DNA of 12,137 bases from Candidatus Caldarchaeum sp. (GTDB lineage Archaea; Thermoproteota; Nitrososphaeria_A; Caldarchaeales; Caldarchaeaceae), in the NCBI GenBank assembly GCA_038844785.1, contig JAWBRA010000004.1, positions 76,322-88,458 on the forward strand, in the 5' to 3' direction. The notes below the pieces were generated by a model. The model was not told where the DNA came from. It saw nothing but the letters and a program-made list of their open reading frames with translations, and searched no databases. Below, piece by piece: positions 1 through 7,621 of this stretch. Each line of letters begins with the position of its first letter. Position 1 is the first letter of the stretch. Both the position numbers and the translations under genes were made by a program.

Positions 1-389
1 CGTAGGTTTTCTCCGTCAAACAAGGAGACGCCTTTCGAACCGATCAAAAGATACGACAGCCTATCTGCGGAGCCTGTGATGACTAAAGCATTTACACCAA
101 GTCCAGCTAATTCGTAGGCCGCATATCCTCCTGTCTGCGTCCACGCAACCGTCCGCGTTAAAGGAGACCTGAAAACCATCGTAAGCCTGTTAGCCAGCGG
201 AAACCCTGTCCCCGCCAAGCCTCCGACGGCAATAACCAGCATGCTTGAGGGGTCCAGCGGATCTGCCGAGCTTTTATGACGGGCCAGCAGCCCAACCCCC
301 AAACAGCGTCCCCCGAGCAAGACTTTTAAAACGTCGTCTTCGCAACTGAACTCCTCAAATCTTCTTTCGCTAAGGTCTATTTTCACCAT
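1..389 (-). CDS. Aldehyde:ferredoxin oxidoreductase (W/Mo AOR family), N-terminal part, runs off the window edge
   Basis: Manual translation from ATG at 389: MVKIDLSERRFEEF...LLGGRCLG...DPLDPSSMLVIAVGGLAGTGFPLANRLTMVFRSPLT...TGGYAAYELAGLGVNALVITGSADRLSYLLI. This matches the AOR N-terminal motifs in order (xDLS, GGRGLG, DPL.P, GPL.GT, KSPLT, GG...EL...G.DA.VI.G). No stop before the window edge. Confidence 0.88.
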   Translation of the reverse strand, partial: MVKIDLSERRFEEFSCEDDVLKVLLGGRCLGVGLLARHKSSADPLDPSSMLVIAVGGLAGTGFPLANRLTMVFRSPLTRTVAWTQTGGYAAYELAGLGVNALVITGSADRLSYLLIGSKGVSLFDGENL

Positions 390-418
390 CTTTAAGCTAG
401 ACTGCTTGTGTGATGAGA

Positions 419-428
419 TTTTATAAAA
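419..428. promoter_or_regulatory. Palindromic TATA box (TTTTATAAAA), probably shared by the divergent AOR and AKR genes
   Basis: Perfect 10-bp palindrome in a 64-bp divergent gap, 25 nt before ATG 454 and 29 nt before ATG 389, the spacing expected for leaderless archaeal transcripts. Confidence 0.65.
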
Positions 429-453
429 GTTCGCCGCCCCTACATGCAACGGC

Positions 454-1425
454 ATGAAATACGTTGAGCTGGGCGGTTCTGGCTTGAAGGTTTCGGCCAT
501 TGCCCTTGGAACATGGCAGTTCGGCTCAGGCTCGTGGGGTTATGGGAAAACATACAGCATGGCGGATTGTGTGGAGGCTGTGAAGGCTTCGGTAGAAGCA
601 GGTGTTAACCTCATAGACACTGCAGAAGTTTACGGCGGAGGCCTTTCCGAGGAAATAGTTGGAAAAGCTTTGAAAGAGGTTGGGGACGAGGTTTATATCG
701 CTACTAAGGTCTCTCCAGCGCATCTGGCGTACAACGGGGTCATTAAAGCATGCGAGAGAAGCCTTCGGAGACTAGGGGTGAAAACAATAGACCTTTACCA
801 GATACATTTCCCAAACCCGTTGATACCTTTGAAGCAGACGATGAAGGCGATGGAAGACCTTGTTAAAATGGGTAGGATACGCTGTATAGGCGTAAGCAAC
901 TTCTCCACCAATCTGTTGCAGAAGGCAAGAGAATTTTTGAAGTCCGAGGATGTGGTATCCAACCAGGTAAAGTACAATCTTATAGAGAGAAAAATTGAGA
1001 AAGATTTGATGCCTTACTGTGTTCGTGAAAAAATCGCGATACTTGCATACAGCCCGCTCGCACAAGGCATTTTGACGGGGAAATACAGCAGGCAAAACCG
1101 GCCGCGTGACATTATCAGGAGAGTCAACAGGCTATACACAAACGCCTACATAAGCAGGGTTGAGCCGCTTTTGAAGGAGTTGGACAACCTAGCTAGGGGT
1201 AGGAACGTCACGATGGGTCAAGCTGCGTTAGCCTGGGTTACCGGTCATCAAGGATGCGTCGCTATCGCAGGCGCGAAAAACAGGCAGCAGGCTTTAGAAA
1301 ACGCTTACGCGGGGAATGTTGTGCTTTCTCAAGAGGAGGTGGAGAAGCTTTCGCAGATTTCTGATAAGGTCAAGCCAACACCCCTCGACTTGCTGCGTGT
1401 GGTCTCGAGAATCTTCAAACCATAG
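454..1425 (+). CDS. Aldo/keto reductase
   Basis: LGxSGLKVSxIxLGTWQFG start; catalytic tetrad present (DTAEVY Asp/Tyr, ATK Lys, YQIH His); IGVSNF and AYSPLAQG motifs. Confidence 0.95.
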   Translation: MKYVELGGSGLKVSAIALGTWQFGSGSWGYGKTYSMADCVEAVKASVEAGVNLIDTAEVYGGGLSEEIVGKALKEVGDEVYIATKVSPAHLAYNGVIKACERSLRRLGVKTIDLYQIHFPNPLIPLKQTMKAMEDLVKMGRIRCIGVSNFSTNLLQKAREFLKSEDVVSNQVKYNLIERKIEKDLMPYCVREKIAILAYSPLAQGILTGKYSRQNRPRDIIRRVNRLYTNAYISRVEPLLKELDNLARGRNVTMGQAALAWVTGHQGCVAIAGAKNRQQALENAYAGNVVLSQEEVEKLSQISDKVKPTPLDLLRVVSRIFKP

Positions 1426-1426
1426 G

Positions 1427-2305
1427 TTAGATTTTGTGTTTCACGGGTTTTGGAAGTTTCAGCTCGAACAGTGAGTCGTCGAAGCTGGTGAACCTTGCTG
1501 AAACATCTTTCTCTACAAGGATGTCTCTGACGGTGCTGGAGACGTAGCCTACAAACCCTTCCGCCTCTATGAGGACGGGCTCATAATACTTCCATCTCTT
1601 CGCATCGTGTTTTGCTGCCACGTAGCCAGCAGCCAGCAACAATGGTTCTGATGTCTGCGGGAGAACCATTATGCCTAGGTCGAGGGCTGATTTAGACAGC
1701 GGCTTCGACTCGGACACAGTTTTAGCAATCTTTTCAGGCAGCTCGGCCATGTTGCATGCGTTAACCTTCGCAGCAAGGTATTTGAGGTATAGATGGGAGT
1801 CGGTGTAAAGCTCTGGCGTGGAGACGCTTAGCCCCGGAGCAAGCTCATGTTTCTCCACGCCACCGTTATGGGTTAGGTAGAGCTCGGCCCTCTCATATTT
1901 CTCACCGGTTTTTGTCAGAATCTCTTCTTTGAAGGGGTGGGCGCCGTGAACACCTCTCGGCTCGTTCCGCGTCCTCCTGCTGTGAAGCATGACTAAAGCC
2001 TCCTGTGCGTGGTTGGTTAATTTTTTCAGGCGGCCAACCATCTCTTTCAAAGCTTCGAGGTTAGCCTTACATGCTTCCTCACCTGTCAACATCGGTTCAG
2101 CATCAAACCTTTCATACGCAACGTTCCAGCCGATGCCTGTTTTCAAAGCGGCTGCGAAACCGCATCCATGGCAGTGTCTTCCGTCGTCTCCCGTGATTTG
2201 TCTAAGGTAGGGGTCGTTCTCAGATGCTTCGACAAGGGATTCGAAAACAAACGGAGCCAAGCTTCTGCCAACGCTGTCGAAGCGAACAACCGCCATCCTG
2301 CACAT
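1427..2305 (-). CDS. Class II glutamine amidotransferase-like Ntn hydrolase (YafJ/EgtC-like); start moved to 2305
   Basis: ATG at 2305 gives MCRM with the Cys1 nucleophile. Other family motifs: HxHGxG (usually HxDGWG), HSR, HPF, HNG, TDS. TTTAAA at 2327-2332 sits 21 nt upstream of this ATG, inside the longer ORF-track extension. Confidence 0.8.
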   Translation of the reverse strand: MCRMAVVRFDSVGRSLAPFVFESLVEASENDPYLRQITGDDGRHCHGCGFAAALKTGIGWNVAYERFDAEPMLTGEEACKANLEALKEMVGRLKKLTNHAQEALVMLHSRRTRNEPRGVHGAHPFKEEILTKTGEKYERAELYLTHNGGVEKHELAPGLSVSTPELYTDSHLYLKYLAAKVNACNMAELPEKIAKTVSESKPLSKSALDLGIMVLPQTSEPLLLAAGYVAAKHDAKRWKYYEPVLIEAEGFVGYVSSTVRDILVEKDVSARFTSFDDSLFELKLPKPVKHKI

Positions 2306-2326
2306 GGATTGAGACGGACTAACATG

Positions 2327-2334
2327 TTTAAATT
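2327..2334 (-). promoter_or_regulatory. TATA box for the amidotransferase-like gene
   Basis: Minus strand reads GTAAGAAATTTAAACA, with purine-rich BRE-like bases upstream, at leaderless spacing from ATG 2305. Confidence 0.55.
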
Positions 2335-2415
2335 TCTTACCGCAAAATATTCTCTCATCCATCGAAAAAAAAACAGATATATGAAACCAGTCATCTTCCC
2401 CCCTGAAACAAGCTC

Positions 2416-3267
2416 ATGAAGAAACTAGCAGCCGGATATTTCCTGTCAGCCTTCAACTCACTAAGCCTGTCACCTCTTGGCTTGATTCTCATATATCCCG
2501 CTCTTTTCACATATCCCGTCTCGATAGTTTTGAGAGGGTTTGGATGGAGAGGTGTGAGACACAGGCTCGGTGGGATAGGCGTGGCCTACGTAGGCATCTG
2601 GAGCTTGGGAGCAGTGACTTATGGATTTGTACTGGTTTCCTTGGCAGGTGAGGTTTCGGAGCTGCTTTCAGCAGCAGCTGTTTGCTGGAGCCTCTACTCA
2701 GTTCTAGAGGCAGTTCTCTATATCAAAGCCGCTAGAAACCTTGACGTGTCTCTTTTCTACATATCGCCTGTGAGCCTAGTTGGCGTGGCTTCGTTCGACT
2801 TTATCCTTTTCGGCGGACGCATGGATGGGCTGAGGCAGGGTCAGACACCCCAGGAACTATACTTAGGGGTGGCTGCCTTGTTTTTCTCGGCTCTCGCCTC
2901 AGCCATAGCATCACTTCAAGTCAAACAATACGGACATTTGCCTACAATCCCGCGTCCGGCGCAGCTGCCGCCGTCAAGACAAGAAGCATCGACACAGCCT
3001 GCGTTTCAGAGAAAGGCAGTCTACGGCAAGCCCCTGCTCACGGTGGAGGTTGTAAGACGTAGCAGCGGTGTTGTCTGCCGAAGCTGTCGCGCCGTCAACC
3101 CGGCCGACGCCTATGAATGCTGGTCTTGTGGCATGAGGTTTGCAAAAGCCGAGACAGGGCTGAGATGTCCCGTATGCCGCGCTCCTTTTTCCCTAGCTAG
3201 GAGGGTTGAGGCGAGACGTTATCTTTGCGGCCAGTGTGCGTCAACGCTATATCTGAGAGGCGGTTAG
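2416..3267 (+). CDS. Multi-pass membrane protein with Pro/Gln-rich linker, C-terminal double zinc ribbon (4 CxxC) and LYLRGG terminus
   Basis: About 5-6 hydrophobic segments in the first ~170 aa; linker PTIPRPAQLPPSRQ; CRSC, CWSC, CPVC and CGQC knuckles; ends CTA TAT CTG AGA GGC GGT TAG. Confidence 0.8.
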   Translation: MKKLAAGYFLSAFNSLSLSPLGLILIYPALFTYPVSIVLRGFGWRGVRHRLGGIGVAYVGIWSLGAVTYGFVLVSLAGEVSELLSAAAVCWSLYSVLEAVLYIKAARNLDVSLFYISPVSLVGVASFDFILFGGRMDGLRQGQTPQELYLGVAALFFSALASAIASLQVKQYGHLPTIPRPAQLPPSRQEASTQPAFQRKAVYGKPLLTVEVVRRSSGVVCRSCRAVNPADAYECWSCGMRFAKAETGLRCPVCRAPFSLARRVEARRYLCGQCASTLYLRGG

Positions 3268-3269
3268 CC

Positions 3270-3575
3270 GAAAGGGGGTGTGCGGCTCGTAGCCCTCCTT
3301 CTGTTTTAGGCGGGATTTGTCTCATCGGCTTCTGCCAGGCTCAGGGAAGCTGTTCACAGCCCGGCAGCCTTTCCCGGCGCAGGCCGCCCGTTTCAACCAA
3401 TCCCTCACACTCCTCGACGGCTCCTCGCCGAGTCATGGCCATCGTGTGGGGGAGGTCTCGTTTCTGCGGCGTTGCCATGGGTCTCCCCATGCGCCTCTCG
3501 GCGCTGCGCACGCTTCCCGCGGGGGAGGAACTTCCTCCGGAGCTCCCGGTGACCCGCCCGGCCGCTCACCCTTCG
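3270..3575 (-). ncRNA. rnpB: RNase P RNA, archaeal type A (ends approximate)
   Basis: Minus strand carries the conserved regions GAGGAAGUUCCUCC (CR-I), GCAGAAA (CR-II), UGAAAC (CR-III) and AAACAGAAGGAGGGCUA (CR-V). Helices: P1 GGGUGAGCGGC/GCCGCACACCC, P2 GGCGGG/CCCGCC, P6 GGGAAGC/GCUUCCC, and GAGA-capped P8 and P9. Local GC peak. Confidence 0.93.
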
Positions 3576-3594
3576 TTAAGTAGGGTTCTCCCTG

Positions 3595-3601
3595 ATTTAA
3601 G
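3595..3601 (-). promoter_or_regulatory. Candidate TATA box of RNase P RNA
   Basis: CTTAAAT on the minus strand immediately after the Hsp20 stop codon, about 20-25 nt upstream of the predicted RNA 5' end. Confidence 0.5.
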
Positions 3602-4009
3602 CTATTCCACGGCTATTCTGACACCTTTGCCGGCTTTTTTGCTAACCCTTACCTCGAGCACACCCTGTAAGTACCGGGCTTTTACCGCCGCCGGGTCTAT
3701 GGGCTTTGGTAGGTCTATGAGTAGTTTGTACCTGCTTCCGTACCGTCTGGAAGGCGTCTCCATCCTGCACGGAGCCTCAACCGCCAGCTGGTTTTCATAG
3801 ACCTGCAGCTCGATATCCTCTCTTCTAACTCCCGGCATGTCCACCGTTATGACATACATGTCCTCCGTTTCGACGACGTTGTACAACGGCATGATGCAGC
3901 CTGTCCTCGACTCAACCTCCTTAATCATCCTCATAAGCTCCTCAACCTCGGTTTCCATCCTCTTCTGTATGCGTTTAAACCAGTCCCACGGTGTCGACGA
4001 CACGGGCAT
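3602..4009 (-). CDS. Small heat shock protein (Hsp20/alpha-crystallin)
   Basis: PLYNVVETEDMYVITVDMPGVRREDIEL and KARYLQGVLEVRV motifs; C-terminal IxV motif (RIAVE). ATG at 4009 overlaps the upstream TGA (TGATG); GTG at 4012 is the alternative start. Confidence 0.93.
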   Translation of the reverse strand: MPVSSTPWDWFKRIQKRMETEVEELMRMIKEVESRTGCIMPLYNVVETEDMYVITVDMPGVRREDIELQVYENQLAVEAPCRMETPSRRYGSRYKLLIDLPKPIDPAAVKARYLQGVLEVRVSKKAGKGVRIAVE

Positions 4010-4761
4010 CACCTGTAGACAGGCGGGAGCTCCATCTCCCTCGACTTCTGAACCATGGCTTCGGATGTTCTTCTCATCAGGTCGCGGAGCTGCATCCTCA
4101 CCATCTCCTCGCTCTCCAGGAGCTGTTTTACGTCAACATGCTCGTTCACGAGCTTGGGAAGCCTGCTCAAGAGCTGGGCGGCTGCACCGGGGTCGGGGTA
4201 GTTGAGATGCGACTGGGCAAGCAAGAGTGAAACATCCATCCCACGTCTCATCCCCAACCTTAGAATCTCGGCGTGAATGCCGGTCACGAAACCTTCTGTG
4301 AAAACCTCCGCGTCCAAAGCCTTAGCCATCTCCTCGCCGCGTTTCACGTCCGATGAAAGGACAAAAACTTTAGGCGTCTCAATCTCCAGCCTCCTAGGTT
4401 CCGTAACCCCTGTGAGACATCTGATATCCTTGATCTTTTTCTCCTCAACCCAGTCGAGCAGAGACTCTGAAAAGGACCTTATGAAGCCGGGCGGTACAGG
4501 TATTTCCGAGACTATCAACACGTAGTTTTTTCCCTCGTATATTCTTATGAGCTCTTTTGGCTCGGAGCGTCTGACGGGAACTATGGGTGGAAGCTCAGCC
4601 GAGTCGACATAACCTTTCTCCTCGGGTTTCAGCTGGTCTGCAAGGTATGAGACCGCTATCGCGCCCACCAAACCCGTGTCGGGAAAACCCAGCAAAAGCG
4701 ACTTGTTCACCTTCGCACCCAGCTTATCGTAGAAGACAAAGTCTGCATAAGCCTTCTCCAT
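4009..4761 (-). CDS. Proteasome assembly chaperone family protein (PAC2, PbaA/PbaB-like) with C-terminal HbYX motif
   Basis: GFPDTGLVGAIAVSYL, IRIY, PDPGAAA, and VDVKQLLE motifs; ends PPVYR. Confidence 0.92.
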   Translation of the reverse strand: MEKAYADFVFYDKLGAKVNKSLLLGFPDTGLVGAIAVSYLADQLKPEEKGYVDSAELPPIVPVRRSEPKELIRIYEGKNYVLIVSEIPVPPGFIRSFSESLLDWVEEKKIKDIRCLTGVTEPRRLEIETPKVFVLSSDVKRGEEMAKALDAEVFTEGFVTGIHAEILRLGMRRGMDVSLLLAQSHLNYPDPGAAAQLLSRLPKLVNEHVDVKQLLESEEMVRMQLRDLMRRTSEAMVQKSREMELPPVYR

Positions 4762-4850
4762 GCATAACCATACAGTAATGTCTGCTAATAGGTTTTTGTC
4801 AAACAGCGTCCTAACCTGCAGGCGTGATGCTTAGGCTCGTCTGCAAAAAA

Positions 4851-4858
4851 TTTAAAAA
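4851..4858 (+). promoter_or_regulatory. BRE/TATA-like element upstream of acetyl-CoA synthetase
   Basis: CAAAAAA followed by TTTAAAAA. Confidence 0.55.
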
Positions 4859-4869
4859 TCTCAAAACCT

Positions 4870-6888
4870 ATGAGTCCGAATACAGATTTGTCTGAGTCTT
4901 TGCCGTTTAACGAATACATAGAGCTCCCCGGCTGGCGGCACAGGCATACGAGCATAGAGGACTACAACAGCTTTTGGAGAAAGACTGTTGAAGACTATGT
5001 CGGCTTCTGGGAGAATGAGGCAAAACAGGTGGAATGGTTCAGCCCGTGGGAGAAAACGCTGGAGCGGGGAGAGGTCCCCCAAGTCTTCCGATGGTTTGTA
5101 GGCGGTAAAACAAACCTCTCATACCTGTGTCTCGACAGACATGTGAAGACTTGGAAAAGCAACAAAGTTGCTTACATATGGGAGGGAGAGCCCGTAGACT
5201 CTGACGGAAACCCCCTGGAGGTCAGGAAATTCACATACTTCGAGCTTTGGCGTAACGTTAACAGGCTGTCCTACTCTTTGAAGAGGCTTGGGCTCAAGAA
5301 GGGGGACAGGGCTGCGGTCTATCTTCCGATGATCCCTGAGCTTCCGATGATCATGCTTGCGTTCGCCCGCATTGGAGTTGTCTTCACGGTTGTGTTCAGC
5401 GGTTTCTCGGCGGAGAACCTGAGGGTCAGATTGGAGGACTTGGGTGCCAAAATGCTTGTGACAGCCGACGGGTTTTACAGGAGGGGCAGGCTCGTAAACC
5501 TTAAGGAGGTGGCGGACAAAGCTGTCGAAAACAGACCAGATCTCAGCTTCATGATTGTTGTCAAGAGAGCTGGCAACGAGGTCTCGATGGCTCGGGGAAG
5601 AGACCTCTGGATGCACGAACTTTTGAGAGAAACGCCGCCAACGGCTTATGTCGAGCCGGAGAGAATGAGCTCCGACGAACCTCTCTACGTGCTTTACACC
5701 TCCGGTACCACAGGCAAGCCTAAAGGAATAATCCACGACAACGGAGGCTACGCCGTCCTCCTCAACTCCACCATGAAATGGGTCTTCGACATCAGGGACG
5801 ACGACGTATTTTTCTGCACCGCGGACATCGGATGGGTTACTGGACACAGCTACATTGTCTTCGGGCCGCTCATGGCAGGCGCTACGGTTCTTATGTATGA
5901 GGGAGCTCTTGACTATCCTGGCCCTGATAGATGGTGGGCGATGATTGAGAGACACGGTGTCTCAATCTTCTACACAACGCCTACGGCCGTCCGCATGCTG
6001 ATGCGTTTCGGAAGCGAGTCTGTAAGAAAACACGACCTCTCAAGGCTCCGCCTTATTCACAGCGTCGGCGAGCCCATAAACCCTGCTGCATGGATGTGGC
6101 TCTACGACGTCGTCGGAGGGAGAAGATGCCCCGTAGGCTCAACTTGGTGGATGACGGAGACGGGTGGCATTCTCATCAGCCATGCGCCCGGCCTCCTGCT
6201 CACCCCCCTTAAACCAGGAACAAACGGCCCACCCCTCCCCGGAATTATGGCCGACGTCGTCGACGAGAATGGGCAGCCTGTCAAGCCGGGCGAGAGAGGG
6301 TATTTGGTGATCCGCAACCCATGGCCGGGAATGCCTGGACCGCCGACGGGTATGTGGAAAGAACCCGACAGATACGTTCAAACATACTACCAGAGGATAA
6401 ACGGTGTTTTCTTCACCGGAGACTATGCAGTGAGAGATGCTGACGGATACATCTGGGTTGCTGGAAGGGCTGACGAGGTTTTGAAAGTGGCTGGCCATAG
6501 AATAGGCACTTACGAGCTTGAGTCGGTCCTCGTCTCTCACGAAGCCGTTGCGGAGGCAGCGGTGGTAGGAGTTCCCGACGAGGTGAAGGGCGAAGTTCCT
6601 CTCGCCTACGTGGTCTTGAAGAAACAGTTCACGCCGAGCAAGGAGATGGCTGAAGAGCTTTTCAAGTGGGTGAGGAATGTTTACGGGCCGATAGCAACAC
6701 CTTCCGGCGTCATCTTCGTCGAACGCCTTCCTAAGACCAGAAGCGGGAAGATAATGAGACGCCTTATCAAAGCCGTGGCCACAGGAACGAGCTTGGGCGA
6801 CATAACAACGCTTGAGGACGAGGCTGCTGTAGAGGAAGTCAAGCAGAGCTATGAGGAGCTTGTTAAAGCACTTGAGAAAAAATACTAA
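4870..6888 (+). CDS. acsA: AMP-forming acetyl-CoA synthetase (acetate--CoA ligase); start may be TTG 4888
   Basis: YTSGTTGKPKG AMP-binding loop, ADIGWVTGHSY, SVGEPIN, TWWMTETG, GHRIGTYELES, and LPKTRSGKIMRR containing the conserved acetylatable Lys. Confidence 0.95.
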   Translation: MSPNTDLSESLPFNEYIELPGWRHRHTSIEDYNSFWRKTVEDYVGFWENEAKQVEWFSPWEKTLERGEVPQVFRWFVGGKTNLSYLCLDRHVKTWKSNKVAYIWEGEPVDSDGNPLEVRKFTYFELWRNVNRLSYSLKRLGLKKGDRAAVYLPMIPELPMIMLAFARIGVVFTVVFSGFSAENLRVRLEDLGAKMLVTADGFYRRGRLVNLKEVADKAVENRPDLSFMIVVKRAGNEVSMARGRDLWMHELLRETPPTAYVEPERMSSDEPLYVLYTSGTTGKPKGIIHDNGGYAVLLNSTMKWVFDIRDDDVFFCTADIGWVTGHSYIVFGPLMAGATVLMYEGALDYPGPDRWWAMIERHGVSIFYTTPTAVRMLMRFGSESVRKHDLSRLRLIHSVGEPINPAAWMWLYDVVGGRRCPVGSTWWMTETGGILISHAPGLLLTPLKPGTNGPPLPGIMADVVDENGQPVKPGERGYLVIRNPWPGMPGPPTGMWKEPDRYVQTYYQRINGVFFTGDYAVRDADGYIWVAGRADEVLKVAGHRIGTYELESVLVSHEAVAEAAVVGVPDEVKGEVPLAYVVLKKQFTPSKEMAEELFKWVRNVYGPIATPSGVIFVERLPKTRSGKIMRRLIKAVATGTSLGDITTLEDEAAVEEVKQSYEELVKALEKKY

Positions 6889-6895
6889 CAACGGG

Positions 6896-7621
6896 TTGGA
6901 CGCGTCTGCAGCTAAGCAAGCTGTCCGGAAACAGGTCTGGAAACAGATGGAGGAAACAGGGATAGCGGCTTTCCCAAGGCCGGTTTACGGTAGAATACCT
7001 AATTTCAAAGGGGCTGAGGATGCGGCCAGGCTTCTCCGCTCATCAAAAGCTTACGCCGAGGCCGTGACCGTGAAGGTAAACCCCGACTCACCTCAGAGAC
7101 CTGTCAGGAGAATGGTTCTTTCAGACGGCAAGCTCTTAATATTTGCAACCCCGAGAATCAGCAGGGGCTTTCTCGTCATAGACCCGACGAGAATACCTTA
7201 CCGTGAGCTTGACAATGCCTCGACAATAGCAGGCGCTTTCAAATACGGCATCCCAACCCATCCCAAAGCCCTGCCCACAATAGACTTGGTTGTGGTGGGA
7301 AGTGTGGCCGTCTCGTCTTCGGGATGGCGGGTTGGCAAAGGCGAGGGATATTCAGAAATCGAGTACGCTATACTAAGGACGTTCGGAAGAGTGAGCGGGG
7401 ATACGCCTGTCGTGACGACAATCCACGACATCCAGCTGGTGGAGGGGATACCGGCAGAGCCGTTCGACGTCCCCGTCGACAAAATATTCACAAACACCAA
7501 GGTTATCTCCTGCCCTGCCAACGAAAAGCCCTCAGGCATTCTATGGCGTTACATTTCCGAGGAAAAGATAAGGTCTATCCCCCTGCTCTCGGAGCTCAGG
7601 GCAGGTGTCTCCTTAGCTTAG
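6896..7621 (+). CDS. 5-formyltetrahydrofolate cyclo-ligase paralog (COG0212/MTHFSD-like)
   Basis: K..VR..VW, FPRPVYGRIPNFKGA, KVNPDSPQ, VVGSVAV, GKGEGYSEIEY, TTIHDIQ and DVPVD motifs. In-frame TTG at 6896 avoids the 38-bp overlap with acsA that ATG 6851 would need; start uncertain. Confidence 0.88.
   Translation: MDASAAKQAVRKQVWKQMEETGIAAFPRPVYGRIPNFKGAEDAARLLRSSKAYAEAVTVKVNPDSPQRPVRRMVLSDGKLLIFATPRISRGFLVIDPTRIPYRELDNASTIAGAFKYGIPTHPKALPTIDLVVVGSVAVSSSGWRVGKGEGYSEIEYAILRTFGRVSGDTPVVTTIHDIQLVEGIPAEPFDVPVDKIFTNTKVISCPANEKPSGILWRYISEEKIRSIPLLSELRAGVSLA

Noticed and set aside
2306-2362. 19-aa N-terminal extension of the amidotransferase ORF
   Set aside because: It would block the Cys1 nucleophile and it contains the likely TATA box.
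3270-3575. GC-rich hairpin region as SRP RNA, CRISPR array or novel ncRNA
   Set aside because: RNase P conserved regions and helices account for it, and there is no repeat-spacer periodicity.
3225-3800. 191-aa and 88-aa plus-strand ORFs
   Set aside because: They are antisense to RNase P RNA and Hsp20; stop-poor GC-rich sequence explains them and they have no recognisable motifs.
4810-4835. CCTAA...TTAGG inverted repeat between PAC2 and acsA
   Set aside because: Only 5-bp arms with no second copy seen; could easily be chance.
5119-6891. Long minus-strand ORFs (278 and 250 aa)
   Set aside because: Antisense shadows of acsA with no domain signatures.
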